Shown here one piece after another: positions 1 through 9,423 of a stretch of DNA of 60,360 bases. The stretch's first letter is position 1. The number at the start of each line of letters is the position of its first letter. Location: NCBI GenBank assembly GCA_037441385.1, contig JBBISH010000025.1:1-60360 (forward strand). Reading direction: 5' to 3'. This DNA comes from Myxococcales bacterium (GTDB lineage: Bacteria > Myxococcota_A > UBA9042). Under the pieces are notes generated by a model, which saw only the letters and a program-made list of their open reading frames with translations, had not been told where the DNA came from and made no database searches. Position numbers and translations under genes: made by a program.

Positions 1-2
1 CG

Positions 3-908
3 CTCCTCCAGATCTCCGGCGACGAGGTTTCGCTCAGCGACCGGGTCGGCCGCACCGAGGATGATGAAGGCCGGGAGCTCGGCGACATGCTGCCGCAGGA
101 GACGACGCCGCCGATCGAAGACGCCCAGGCCAAGGCCAACAAGCTCGTCGAAGAAGGCGAGGCTCTGCTGCGCGCCGGTACCTTTGACGCCGCCCTGGCC
201 AAGGCCCGCGAGGCCAAGGCCGCCAACCCCGGCAGCGCTCCCGCCACCGCGCTAGAGACCAAGGCCCTGGAAGCCCAGGCCGACGTGGCCAAGGCCAACG
301 CCGCCAAGGCCGAGCAGGAAGCCAAAGCCGCCGCCGAGCAAAAGGCCGCGGAAGAGGCGAAGGCCAAGGCGATGGCCGAAGAAAACAGCAAGAAGAGCGC
401 CGCTGACGCCAAGAAGGCCGAAGAGGAGCACAAGAAGGCCGAGGCCGAGGCCAAGAAGCAGGCCGAAGTCGACAAGAGAAAGGCCGCCGAAGCCGAAAAG
501 GCCGCCAAGAAAGAAGCCGATGCCCGCGCCAAAGAGCAGAAGGCCGCCGAAGCCGCTGCGGCCAAGCAGAAGGCCGCGGACCTGGCTAGGGCGGCGGCCG
601 AAGAGAAGGCTCGCAAGGCCGAGCGCCCGATCCCGGCCAAGAAGGAAGAGCCCAAGAAAGAAGAGCCCAAGAAAGAGGCCAAGCGCCCGGATCCGCCGCC
701 GCCGCCGCCCCCGGTCAAGACTGGCGGTGGCGAAGTGTCGGATGCACAGAAAGATGCGGCCAAACTGGCGGCGCTGGCGCAGAAGGCGAGCACCGCCAAG
801 CTGAAGGTCCTGTACCTGAAGAAGGCCCTGGAGAAGGACCCAGGCAACGCGCAGTACAAGTCGCTGCTGAGCAAGGCCGAGGCCGAGTTGGCCAGCCAGC
901 AGCAGTAG
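3..908 (+). CDS. 5'-truncated protein: TPR-like helices plus Ala/Lys/Glu-rich (TolA-like) coiled segment, Pro-rich linker and C-terminal TPR-like helix pair
   Basis: Frame of the 87..908 ORF is open back to base 3. TPR-like 'ANKLVEEGEALLRAGTFDAALAKAREAKAANP' and 'YLKKALEKDPGNAQYKSLL'. The first ~40 codons resemble sigma70 region 3.2 (see findings). Confidence 0.7.
   Translation, partial: LLQISGDEVSLSDRVGRTEDDEGRELGDMLPQETTPPIEDAQAKANKLVEEGEALLRAGTFDAALAKAREAKAANPGSAPATALETKALEAQADVAKANAAKAEQEAKAAAEQKAAEEAKAKAMAEENSKKSAADAKKAEEEHKKAEAEAKKQAEVDKRKAAEAEKAAKKEADARAKEQKAAEAAAAKQKAADLARAAAEEKARKAERPIPAKKEEPKKEEPKKEAKRPDPPPPPPPVKTGGGEVSDAQKDAAKLAALAQKASTAKLKVLYLKKALEKDPGNAQYKSLLSKAEAELASQQQ
639..683 (+). 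repeat. 15-bp coding tandem repeat (KKEEP-KKEEP-KKEAK)
   Basis: aagaaggaagagccc aagaaagaagagccc aagaaagaggccaag read directly. Confidence 0.8.
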
Positions 909-953
909 CCGGCGCACACCGCGCACGCTTTGGTGCAGCGAGTGGCGGCAACC

Positions 954-967
954 TGACAGCCATGTCA
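954..967. promoter_or_regulatory. Inverted repeat TGACA-N4-TGTCA, candidate activator (enhancer) site
   Basis: tgaca gcca tgtca in the intergenic gap, ~125-140 bp upstream of a sigma54-like -24/-12 element. Confidence 0.35.
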
Positions 968-1090
968 TGCTGAAGGCGGGAGCGTCGGTGGGTCTCTCGC
1001 GGCGCAGGCAGCGGCCATAATGCAACAACCGCCCAAAATCACGGCGATCGTTGATGTTCCGGCGCTGGCTTGCGGCCGTTTTCCGGCGGT

Positions 1091-1106
1091 TGGCACGGTT
1101 TTCGCT
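1091..1106 (+). promoter_or_regulatory. Putative sigma54 (-24/-12) promoter
   Basis: TGGCACGGTTTTCGCT versus consensus TGGCAC-N5-TTGC(A/T): one mismatch, GG/GC spacing correct, upstream of a two-lipoprotein operon. Confidence 0.55.
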
Positions 1107-1154
1107 ACAGTACGGGCGGCTGTGGACCGTCGCCGGCGCTCGCGCACCGGTGCC

Positions 1155-1718
1155 GTGCCCAGCGGAGCCCCGCCATGTGCCGCCCGCTCTCCCATCCTGC
1201 CAAGCTTCTCGACCCGGATCAGGCCTTTCAGCCTAATTTCGTGGGTGTTGGCGCTCTTGTGGACGGTGGTCTGCGCGGGCTGTGTGACCCTGGCGCCCGA
1301 GAACAGCAACGTGGCTCCATCGACAAAAACGCTGCACCTCCAGATCGACAAGGCCAGTCCCACGGTGATCGGGACGGTGCTCGTCAAGCCGGGCGACAGC
1401 CTTCCTTTTCAAGTCAATGGCGCGATCCTGCAGCTCAACATCAGCCAGCAGTTGACGTACATCTGGCTCGCCGACTTCGACGCCGCCGCCGGTCTGCCGG
1501 TGTACCAGTCCACGGTCAAAAGTTGCATCTTTGCCGAGGAGACCTGCTCGGTCGACTTCTGCACGCTGGCTGCGACGACCGAGAACGTGCACCGCATCCG
1601 CTTGGTGGTGGCCGACGCGCGCCTGAAAAGCACGGCCATCTCGCCCTTGGACTTCCCCGCGGGGACGGCGTTCGACTCCATCGAGTGGACCGTCAAGATC
1701 AATGGAGCGTGCAAATGA
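1155..1718 (+). CDS. Hypothetical lipoprotein (start uncertain; ORF open from 1020)
   Basis: Hydrophobic stretch ending 'LWTVVCAGC' (lipobox-like), beta-rich mature part; stop overlaps the next ATG (ATGA 1715-1718). Confidence 0.65.
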   Translation: MPSGAPPCAARSPILPSFSTRIRPFSLISWVLALLWTVVCAGCVTLAPENSNVAPSTKTLHLQIDKASPTVIGTVLVKPGDSLPFQVNGAILQLNISQQLTYIWLADFDAAAGLPVYQSTVKSCIFAEETCSVDFCTLAATTENVHRIRLVVADARLKSTAISPLDFPAGTAFDSIEWTVKINGACK

Positions 1719-3508
1719 TCGGCGCGCGCTCGCACCGGACTGCACGGCTCGCCCGATCGCTTGCCGCGCTCGCTTGGGTGTGGGCGGCGCTGCTAGGTGG
1801 CTGCGGCGTGATCGGTACCGACAGCGGCGGCCCCACCGGCCAGTGCCAGACCGACAACGACTGCGGCCTGCAAGGGGTGGTGTGCTACGACCACCGCGTC
1901 TGCATTGTCAAATCGGCGCCCGACGTGCCGGTGTCGCTGCGAGTCGCGCCGCCGGTCGTGTCGGGCCGTCTGACCGAACACTTTGCCCTGACCGTGCAAT
2001 CGGCCACCCAAGTGTCGCCGGTGTCGCTGATGCTGGCCGATCCGGCGGTGGTCTATGGCGATGTCCGCTCGTCGGACATGCAGTCGATCTCGGTGCCCGG
2101 TACGCTGGTCGCCACGGCGCCCACCGATGCCACGGCGACCAACTTGCAGTTCCAGACCACGGTGTACAACGCGCCCAAGGACTTCACGGGTGCCAAGGTG
2201 TTCCACGACTTCGAGCTGCGCCTGCAGCCCGGCAACACCTACGAACTCGCCTTCTACCCGCAGTCGAGCAACGTGTTTCCGCCGCACTACTCCAGCATTA
2301 CTGTGGGCGGCTCGATCGACGACTGGCAGATCACGCTGCCCAAGGCCTCGGAACTCGTGCACATCACCGGTCGCCTGAGCACCGGTCAGGAGCCGCTTGG
2401 CAATGTGCGCGTGTTCCTGCAGGACGCGCAGGGCCGCCTCACTTCGACGTACGACGTCACCTCGGGAATGCCGCGGAAGGTGGGCGCCGATACGCTGCCG
2501 CCGGGAACGTTCCGCCTGCTCGCGGATGCCTCGGCCCCGCCCAGCGTGCTGCACGTCGAGCCGGCGACCGGCAGCGAGTGGCCCATCCACGGTCAGCTGG
2601 GCGACTACTTGGACATCGTGCAAGTTGGCTTGAGTAAAGGCGTACTGGATCTGGGCGAACTCGAGGTCGGCGGCTTGGGCGCGCCCCAGACGACGCATGT
2701 GCAAGTCGTCAACGCCGCGGGGCAGCCCGAGCTGGGCGCGAGGGTGCGGCTCACGCAGAAGCTGGCCGCGGTGGGCATCGATGACGCCAAGATTTACTTG
2801 GAAAGCAGCGCCATCACCGACAGTCAGGGCCGCGTCAAGGTGAGCCTGCCGCCCGGTTCCACCAGCGTCATCGTCCAGCCTGCCGCCGACTCGACCGCCG
2901 GACGCTGGTTTGGCACCGTCAAGCTGCAGCAGGGCTTGGAGCCGATCGTGTGCCCCAAGCGGACCGTCCTCACTGGGCAAGTGCTCGACTACGTGGGCAA
3001 CGACGTGGTTGGCGCCTTGGTGATGATGCGCAAGGTGGGGGCCAATCCGGCGGAGTCGGGCATCGAAGGCAGTAACCCAAGCAACGACCCTACGTTCCAG
3101 ACCAGCACCGACGCAGGTGGCAAGTTCAGCCTGCCCATCGATCCGGGCAGTTGGTGGCTGTGGGTCGTGCCCAAGGGCAACGCCAAGCTGCCGCGCCTGC
3201 TCGCGGCTCGGGTCGACATCGACGGCAAGACCACGCCCGAGTCGCTGCTCGTCAACATCCCGGCGCCGATGCTTTTGCGCGGCAAAGTCGTCACCCCTGG
3301 CGGCATCGGCGTGGCCAACGCCAGCGTGGATGTTTTGGGGCTCCTGGACCTGACTCCTGGCTACCGAACGGGCCAAGGTGCTGCCGGTGCCGACGGCGAC
3401 GGCGACGACCCGCCCGGCAAGACCTTGATCGCTGAGGGGCACTTGCTGGCGACCACCACGACCAACAGCAGCGGCGGCTTCGAAGTCCTGATTGCGCCGA
3501 TGCAATAG
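1715..3508 (+). CDS. Lipoprotein with repeated carboxypeptidase-regulatory-like (prealbumin-type) beta domains
   Basis: ATG at 1715 coupled to upstream stop; lipobox 'LLGGC'; small Cys knot 'CQTDNDCGLQGVVCYDHRVC'; repeated 'G.V....G..V.GA.V' and 'TD..G.F.L' motifs. Confidence 0.75.
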   Translation: MIGARSHRTARLARSLAALAWVWAALLGGCGVIGTDSGGPTGQCQTDNDCGLQGVVCYDHRVCIVKSAPDVPVSLRVAPPVVSGRLTEHFALTVQSATQVSPVSLMLADPAVVYGDVRSSDMQSISVPGTLVATAPTDATATNLQFQTTVYNAPKDFTGAKVFHDFELRLQPGNTYELAFYPQSSNVFPPHYSSITVGGSIDDWQITLPKASELVHITGRLSTGQEPLGNVRVFLQDAQGRLTSTYDVTSGMPRKVGADTLPPGTFRLLADASAPPSVLHVEPATGSEWPIHGQLGDYLDIVQVGLSKGVLDLGELEVGGLGAPQTTHVQVVNAAGQPELGARVRLTQKLAAVGIDDAKIYLESSAITDSQGRVKVSLPPGSTSVIVQPAADSTAGRWFGTVKLQQGLEPIVCPKRTVLTGQVLDYVGNDVVGALVMMRKVGANPAESGIEGSNPSNDPTFQTSTDAGGKFSLPIDPGSWWLWVVPKGNAKLPRLLAARVDIDGKTTPESLLVNIPAPMLLRGKVVTPGGIGVANASVDVLGLLDLTPGYRTGQGAAGADGDGDDPPGKTLIAEGHLLATTTTNSSGGFEVLIAPMQ

Positions 3509-3679
3509 CTCCGCGCCACGGTCCGCCATCTGCCGGCATGCGGCATGGCGACTCCTTTGGCTGCGCGCGGGCTCCCATTCGTCTTCTCGCCGGTTTGGCG
3601 GGCGCACCGTGGACGCCGCCCCGGTTTGCCGTCAAACTACCGTCCCCTGTCGCGCCCTGCCGCGCGAAGCGAGGCATCC

Positions 3680-4645
3680 ATGCACAAGGTCGTCATCATC
3701 GGTTCGGGTCCCGCGGGCCTGACTGCCGCCATCTATACCGGCCGCGCCCAGCTCAAGCCGGTGGTCTTTGAAGGTGGGTTTCTGTCCTCGGGCGAGCTGA
3801 TGACCAGCGGTGGTCAGCTGATGATCACCACCGAAGTCGAGAACTATCCTGGCTTTCCAGACGGCGTAACTGGCCCCGAGCTGGTCGAGCGCACCCGCGC
3901 CCAGGCCGAGAAATTCGGCGCCGATTTGCGCCAAGACGTGATCGACGAGGTCGACTTTTCGGGCTTTCCGCTGCGGCTCAAGACGGGCGAAGGCCAGTGG
4001 CTCGAGACGGCCACGGTCATCATCGCCACGGGCGCCAATGCCAAGTGGCTGGGGATTCCCAGCGAGCAAACCTATCTGAATCGCGGGGTTTCGGCCTGTG
4101 CCACCTGTGATGGCGCCTTCTACAAGGACGTACCGGTCTACGTGGTGGGCGGCGGCGACACCGCCTTGGAAGAGGCGCAGTTCCTGACCCGCTACGCCAG
4201 CCATGTCACCCTGATCCACCGCCGCGACGCCTTCCGCGCCAGCAAGATCATGGCCGATCGTGCGCTGAAACACCCCAAGATCTCGGTGGAGTGGAACGCC
4301 GTGGTCGACGAAATCCTGGGCGACGGCAAGAAGTGCACCGGGCTGCGTCTCAAGTCGACCGTGGACGGTTCGACCAAGGAAGTGGCGGCCGGCGGCCTGT
4401 TCGTCGCCATCGGCCACCAGCCCAACACCTCGGTGTTCAAGGGCCAATTGGAGCTGCGGCCCGACGGCTACATCGCCACCAAGGGCTTCACCGCCACCAG
4501 CGCGACCGGCGTGTTTGCCGCAGGCGACGTGGCCGACTCGCGCTACCGCCAGGCCATCACCGCCGCCGGCATGGGCTGCATGGCGGCGATCGACGCCGAG
4601 CGCCTGGTCGAGGAATACGAAGCGCGCGGCTTATTGAGTCACTAG
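3680..4645 (+). CDS. trxB: Thioredoxin-disulfide reductase
   Basis: IIGSGPAGLTAAIY FAD motif, GVSACATCDG active site, GGGDTALEEA NADPH motif, GVFAAGDV..YRQAITAAG; GAGG RBS before ATG 3680. Confidence 0.96.
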   Translation: MHKVVIIGSGPAGLTAAIYTGRAQLKPVVFEGGFLSSGELMTSGGQLMITTEVENYPGFPDGVTGPELVERTRAQAEKFGADLRQDVIDEVDFSGFPLRLKTGEGQWLETATVIIATGANAKWLGIPSEQTYLNRGVSACATCDGAFYKDVPVYVVGGGDTALEEAQFLTRYASHVTLIHRRDAFRASKIMADRALKHPKISVEWNAVVDEILGDGKKCTGLRLKSTVDGSTKEVAAGGLFVAIGHQPNTSVFKGQLELRPDGYIATKGFTATSATGVFAAGDVADSRYRQAITAAGMGCMAAIDAERLVEEYEARGLLSH

Positions 4646-4654
4646 TAAAATCAG

Positions 4655-5962
4655 CTAGTTTGCCACCGTAAACTGCCACTCGACGGTCTGCGCCTGGCCG
4701 GCGACCGTTGCTTCGACGTGGACGGTATAGACGCCCGCGGCGAGCGGCTGGTGAGCGTACAGCGTCCGGCAATTGCCGTCGAACATCGAGGTGTTGCTGT
4801 CGTTTTGCGCGTCAAGCCACACGTGCTCGACCTTGGTCCCTGTCGCGTCGCGCAGCTCGTGCACCGTCACGTTGGCCGGTTGGGACAAGCGCAGCGAGAT
4901 CACCGGCCCCGACGGAAAACCCTTGGGTGGCGCGGGAGGTTGCGGGCCTTCGCTGCCGTCCCAGCTGCCGGGCACGCCGGTCTGGCCGGGGTACGGGTAC
5001 ACCACTAGGCCAGGCGCCGCGCTCGCTCCGCCCGAAACCTCCATGACTTCGGTCTTGTAGTTCCCTTTGGCGGCCTGGCCATAGCCCATCGACTGGCTCC
5101 GCGGATCCAGCAGCGGCATGCGGTGGTAGACCGTCGCCAGCCACCCCGCCAGCGCCGCGGTGGGCGAGCCGGTAAAGGCCATGATCTCGGTGGCGCTGCC
5201 GCTCCAGCCGGCGGCTTGGATGCGCACCTGCGGATCGGCGCCAGTAAACCCGCTGCCAAAGCTTGGGTCCTCGGCGTGCGGCGACAGCTGCTTGGCCTGG
5301 TACTGCGCCCCGTGGGCCACATAGAAGTCGGCGTGGGCCTGCGCGGCTTGCTGCAACGGTGCCACGGCATTCACCGGCGAAAGGCCAAGCTGGGCGCGCA
5401 GTTGCTCTAGTGTCTGCAGGGCGGCGATCTGCTCGGGGTCAGCGCCAGTCGGAGCCGCCAAGGTCGTGTCAACCCCGCGCGGCGGATACGGCTTCAGCGT
5501 GCCGCTGGTCCACGTCCCCCAGCCGTCTTGCGTGGGACCAGCATCCTGGCCGCCCGCTGGCGCCGCCACCCAGCTGACCGACCAGACGGCCACGGCGGTG
5601 CAGCAGGTCCCCACGTGGGCGCGCAACGTGCCCGAAGCCTGGGTCGCGGTGGTGAATTGCCCGTCGAGCTCGACGCTGCCCTGGCTGCTTTGCAGGGTGC
5701 CGAACAGCGGCGCCGCCGCCAACGTGCCGGTCAGCGGTCCCGTCACGCTGCCCTGGCAGCCATTGTCGCCTTGGCAGGTCAGCTTGGACAAAAGCACGAC
5801 CTCGCTCAAGGTCTTGTCCGTCAAGCTGAATTGCAGGTCATCGCCCTGCCAGGTGCCGGGGTTGGCCACCGCGCCCGAGCTGGGCGTGGCCGGGGAGCTG
5901 CCGCAGCCGACCATCGCCAGAGCGCCGAGCACCAGCCACCCCCCAAGTCGGCGCCGGCTCAT
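4655..5962 (-). CDS. CAP/SCP-domain lipoprotein
   Basis: Lipobox 'AMVGC'; CAP motifs 'LRAQLGL..LQQAAQAHADF', 'GWLATVYHRMPLLDP...GYG'; C-terminal Ig-like region. Confidence 0.8.
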   Translation of the reverse strand: MSRRRLGGWLVLGALAMVGCGSSPATPSSGAVANPGTWQGDDLQFSLTDKTLSEVVLLSKLTCQGDNGCQGSVTGPLTGTLAAAPLFGTLQSSQGSVELDGQFTTATQASGTLRAHVGTCCTAVAVWSVSWVAAPAGGQDAGPTQDGWGTWTSGTLKPYPPRGVDTTLAAPTGADPEQIAALQTLEQLRAQLGLSPVNAVAPLQQAAQAHADFYVAHGAQYQAKQLSPHAEDPSFGSGFTGADPQVRIQAAGWSGSATEIMAFTGSPTAALAGWLATVYHRMPLLDPRSQSMGYGQAAKGNYKTEVMEVSGGASAAPGLVVYPYPGQTGVPGSWDGSEGPQPPAPPKGFPSGPVISLRLSQPANVTVHELRDATGTKVEHVWLDAQNDSNTSMFDGNCRTLYAHQPLAAGVYTVHVEATVAGQAQTVEWQFTVAN

Positions 5963-6912
5963 GGTTGCGCCGCCGCCGGTCGCAGCAGGCTGCAGTCAAA
6001 GTTGGCAATGAATTCCAAATTCTTTTCCTCAAAGCCGCCGGGGCTGCGGTCCGAACGCCAGCCGACGTGGCGCTTGTAGTGCTCGGCCACCTGGGGCATT
6101 GGCGTGCGGTTCCAGCAGCGCTCGAGCACGCCGACCACCATGCCGGTGCGATGCATCCCGCCGCCGCAGTGGACTTGCACATGGCCCTTGGGGAGCTGAC
6201 CGTTTGGACTGAGGATTTGCTCTTGGATGAGCTTGGCCACCGCCTGCATCGCCGCCTTCTGCGTCTCGGCCGAGTCGCCTTCGCGCAGACTCTCGCGAAA
6301 GCTCGTGGCTTCGGCGTGCTCGCGCGCCGTGAAGTAGCTGCCGCCCGCGGCGCTGACCGCTTTGCGCTCGTCGGCCTCTAGCCCTTCGGTGGGCATCGGA
6401 CCGGCATACAGGTTCACGATGTGGCGCACGCCCGCCATCACCAGCGACTGCACGCACGAGTTCGGGCTGGCGGGCTCGGCGGTAAAAGCGGTGCGAAACA
6501 GCAGCATCGGCCGGCCATCGGGCAGCGTCCGGTCGGCCACCGCCACGGCACCCAGGTTGTGCAACTCGCCCTCGACGATCTGTGTCTGGACCATCCGCCA
6601 AAACACCTTGTCTACCAAGTCCTTGCGCAGATCAGCCTTGGCCTTGTCGTCCAACGTGGCGCCGGCCCGCTCCATCGCCGCCAGCACCGCCTCGACCGTC
6701 GCCTTGGCTTCGCCGCGCATCTGGTCGCTCCAATGGTTGCGGGCCGCACAGCGCAGCCGGCTGCGATCGACCCCTGCGCGTTGCAGGGCCGCCAGCTCGT
6801 CTGGCTGCAGGTCCGGCGCCTCGCCCTGCGAAACGGTTGGCGGAATCTGCTGTTGCGGCGACGAGCAGGCCAGAGACAGAACGGCAAGGGCGGCAAGAAA
6901 AAGCGTACGCAT
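5959..6912 (-). CDS. Lipoprotein with protein-tyrosine/dual-specificity phosphatase (CX5R) domain
   Basis: MRTLFLAALAVLSLAC lipoprotein signal; P-loop 'VHCGGGMHRTG'; 'GVRHIVNL' motif; stop overlaps CAP gene start (ATGA). Confidence 0.8.
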   Translation of the reverse strand: MRTLFLAALAVLSLACSSPQQQIPPTVSQGEAPDLQPDELAALQRAGVDRSRLRCAARNHWSDQMRGEAKATVEAVLAAMERAGATLDDKAKADLRKDLVDKVFWRMVQTQIVEGELHNLGAVAVADRTLPDGRPMLLFRTAFTAEPASPNSCVQSLVMAGVRHIVNLYAGPMPTEGLEADERKAVSAAGGSYFTAREHAEATSFRESLREGDSAETQKAAMQAVAKLIQEQILSPNGQLPKGHVQVHCGGGMHRTGMVVGVLERCWNRTPMPQVAEHYKRHVGWRSDRSPGGFEEKNLEFIANFDCSLLRPAAAQP

Positions 6913-7021
6913 GTTGCCGGTGTACTCAAAGCTTGCGCCCGCCGCAAGTCGCCGCACCGTGGCAATGCCGTCGCAGCCAGCGTAGACTCGCCCCGCGGCC
7001 CCATGTCCGCGCCAGGGTTTC

Positions 7022-7780
7022 ATGTCTGCTTCGCTTCGCCGCCTGCGCTTGGGCGTCAACGTTGACCACGTCGCCACCATCCGCCAGAACCGCGGCACCC
7101 GCTACCCCGACCCTGTGCTGGCGGCCTCGCTGGCCGAACTGGCCGGAGCTGACCAAATTACCGTGCATTTGCGCGAAGATCGTCGCCATATCCAAGAGCG
7201 CGATCTGTCCGTGCTGCGCCAGACCGTGCAGGTGCCCTTGAACCTGGAAATGGCGGCCACCCCGGCCATGTTGGCCCTGGCACTGCAGTATTTGCCCGAT
7301 ACGGTGACCTTGGTCCCCGAGAAACGCGAAGAGCGCACCACCGAGGGGGGGCTGGACGTCGCCGGCCAGCGCCAGCACCTGGGCGAGACCATTGCCGCGC
7401 TGCGCGAACACGGCATCACGGTGTCGCTGTTCATCGATCCGGCCCCCGAGCAGGTGCACGCTTCCGCCGAGTTGCGCGCCACCACCATCGAACTGCACAC
7501 CGGCGACTATTGCGAGGCGGATACACCCCTGCTCGCTCAAGAGCGCCTGGGTCACCTGCGCCACGCGGCCGAGCTGGGCCACGATCTGGGCCTGCAGGTG
7601 GCCGCCGGTCACGGTCTGGACTACCGCAACGTCAAGGCGGTTGCGGCGCTGCCCCACCTCGAGGAACTCAACATCGGCCACGCCATCGTCGCCCGCGCGC
7701 TGTTCGTGGGCATCGAGCGGGCCGTGCGCGAGATGATCGAGGCCATGCACACGCCCGAGCCGCCTCAGCCCAGTCGCTAG
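7022..7780 (+). CDS. pdxJ: Pyridoxine 5'-phosphate synthase
   Basis: [62 protein letters not shown]. Confidence 0.97.
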   Translation: MSASLRRLRLGVNVDHVATIRQNRGTRYPDPVLAASLAELAGADQITVHLREDRRHIQERDLSVLRQTVQVPLNLEMAATPAMLALALQYLPDTVTLVPEKREERTTEGGLDVAGQRQHLGETIAALREHGITVSLFIDPAPEQVHASAELRATTIELHTGDYCEADTPLLAQERLGHLRHAAELGHDLGLQVAAGHGLDYRNVKAVAALPHLEELNIGHAIVARALFVGIERAVREMIEAMHTPEPPQPSR

Positions 7781-7807
7781 CCCGTGTGGCAGCGCCGCAG
7801 GTCGCCC

Positions 7808-9382
7808 ATGCACATCGCCGAGCCCGACCAAGTCCGCCAACTCGATCACCGCCTGACCCAGGAACTTGGTCTGCAGCCCGAGCTTTTGATGGAGACGGCC
7901 GGGCGCGCCATGGCCGACGAGATCGGCAAACGGCTGGGACCGGGTCGCGAGCGCTGGGCGGTCATTCTCGCGGGGGTGGGCAACAATGGCGGCGACGGCT
8001 TTGTCGTGGGGCGCGTGCTGGCCTGCCGCGGCTGGCGGGTCGAGTGCTTTGTGGCCGGCGAGCTGGCCAAGCTGACCACCACCGCCCGCATCCATTACGA
8101 GGCCATGGTCAAGCTGGGCGGCATCGAGCTGCGCAAAGTGCAGCAAGCCCCGCGCGGCGCGGAGTTGCAGGGTCTGCGGCGGTCGCTGGGGCGGGCGGCG
8201 GTGATCGTCGACGCCTTGACCGGTATCGGGCTGCAGAGCGACCTGCGCGAGCCGCTGCTGACCTTGGCCAGCCAGTTGGACGGACGCTACCGGGCCCTCA
8301 CCATTGCCGCCGACGTCCCCTCTGGGCTGTGCGCGGCGACCGGGGTGATTCGCGGCGCGGCCGTCCACTGCCATCTGGTCATGACCATGGCGGTTGCCAA
8401 GCCGGGCCTGTTCTTGAACCAAGGTCCAGAGTTGTGGAGCGAGCTACAAGTCGTCGACATCGGCGTGCCACCGGCGTGGGTCGAGCGCTGCGCGCCGCGC
8501 GGCGTGGTCATCGACCGCGAACTGCTGGGCGCGGCCTTGGCAGGGCGCTCCCAACCGCCGGGGGACTTGGGGCACAAGGGGAGTTTTGGCCACCTGTTCG
8601 TGGTCGCGGGCTCACCAGGCAAGGGCGGCGCGGCGTTGCTGTGCAGTCATGCGGCGTTGCGGGCTGGCGCCGGCCTGGTCACCTTGGGCACCGCGGGCGA
8701 GATTCGCAGTCAGCTTGAGGGTCGGCTGCCGGACGTGATGGTCGAGGCGATCCGCGGCGGCGCCAGCGAGATCAAGCGGATCGAGAAGCTGGTGGCTGGC
8801 AAGGCGGCGTTGGCGGTGGGTCCAGGGCTGGGTACCGGCGCGGCCGAGGTCGATCTGGTGGCGCGGCTGCTCGCCTTGTCGACGGTGCCAGTGGTGCTCG
8901 ACGCCGATGCCCTCACCGCGCTGGCACAAAAGCCCGATCTCGTTGAGCCGGCGGCTGGGCGTCTGGTGCTCACACCCCATCCCGGCGAGATGGCGCGTCT
9001 CTTGGGCAAGGAAGTAGCGGATGTCGAAGCCGATCGCTTGGCGGCGGCGCGCGAGGCGGCCCAGCGATTCGCGGCCGTGGTCGTTCTCAAGGGCCCGCGT
9101 ACGCTGGTGGCCGCACCCGACGGCACGTGGGCGATCGCCAATTCGCCCAATACGGCGCTGGCCAAGGCCGGCACCGGCGACGTGCTCACCGGCACCATCG
9201 GTGCATGGCTGGCCCGCGGGCTGGCCCCGCTGGTGGCTGCCCAGGTCGGCGTGGGCCTGCATGCCCGCGCCGGTGCGCTGCTTCGCGCGTCCTTTGGCGG
9301 GCGCGGCGGCCTGGCCTCGGACCTCCCGGAACAGATCGCCCAGGCGATGGCGGAACTAGAAGCGCCAGGAGGGACGGAGTGA
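7808..9382 (+). CDS. nnr: Bifunctional NAD(P)H-hydrate epimerase/dehydratase (YjeF family)
   Basis: LMETAG, GNNGGDG, DVPSG, HKGSFG, GPGLG, LDADAL, LTPHPGEMARL, AGTGDVLTG. Confidence 0.93.
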   Translation: MHIAEPDQVRQLDHRLTQELGLQPELLMETAGRAMADEIGKRLGPGRERWAVILAGVGNNGGDGFVVGRVLACRGWRVECFVAGELAKLTTTARIHYEAMVKLGGIELRKVQQAPRGAELQGLRRSLGRAAVIVDALTGIGLQSDLREPLLTLASQLDGRYRALTIAADVPSGLCAATGVIRGAAVHCHLVMTMAVAKPGLFLNQGPELWSELQVVDIGVPPAWVERCAPRGVVIDRELLGAALAGRSQPPGDLGHKGSFGHLFVVAGSPGKGGAALLCSHAALRAGAGLVTLGTAGEIRSQLEGRLPDVMVEAIRGGASEIKRIEKLVAGKAALAVGPGLGTGAAEVDLVARLLALSTVPVVLDADALTALAQKPDLVEPAAGRLVLTPHPGEMARLLGKEVADVEADRLAAAREAAQRFAAVVVLKGPRTLVAAPDGTWAIANSPNTALAKAGTGDVLTGTIGAWLARGLAPLVAAQVGVGLHARAGALLRASFGGRGGLASDLPEQIAQAMAELEAPGGTE

Positions 9383-9423
9383 CCCGACTTGTGCCGCCCG
9401 CGCTGGCTCGGTAGGGTGTGGCC

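Noticed and set aside
1070..1714. N-terminal extensions in the ORF track (also before trxB, the phosphatase, the ECF sigma, paralog 1 and actB)
   Set aside because: Better starts exist downstream with RBS, signal peptide or stop/start coupling; the extensions overlap other genes or promoters.
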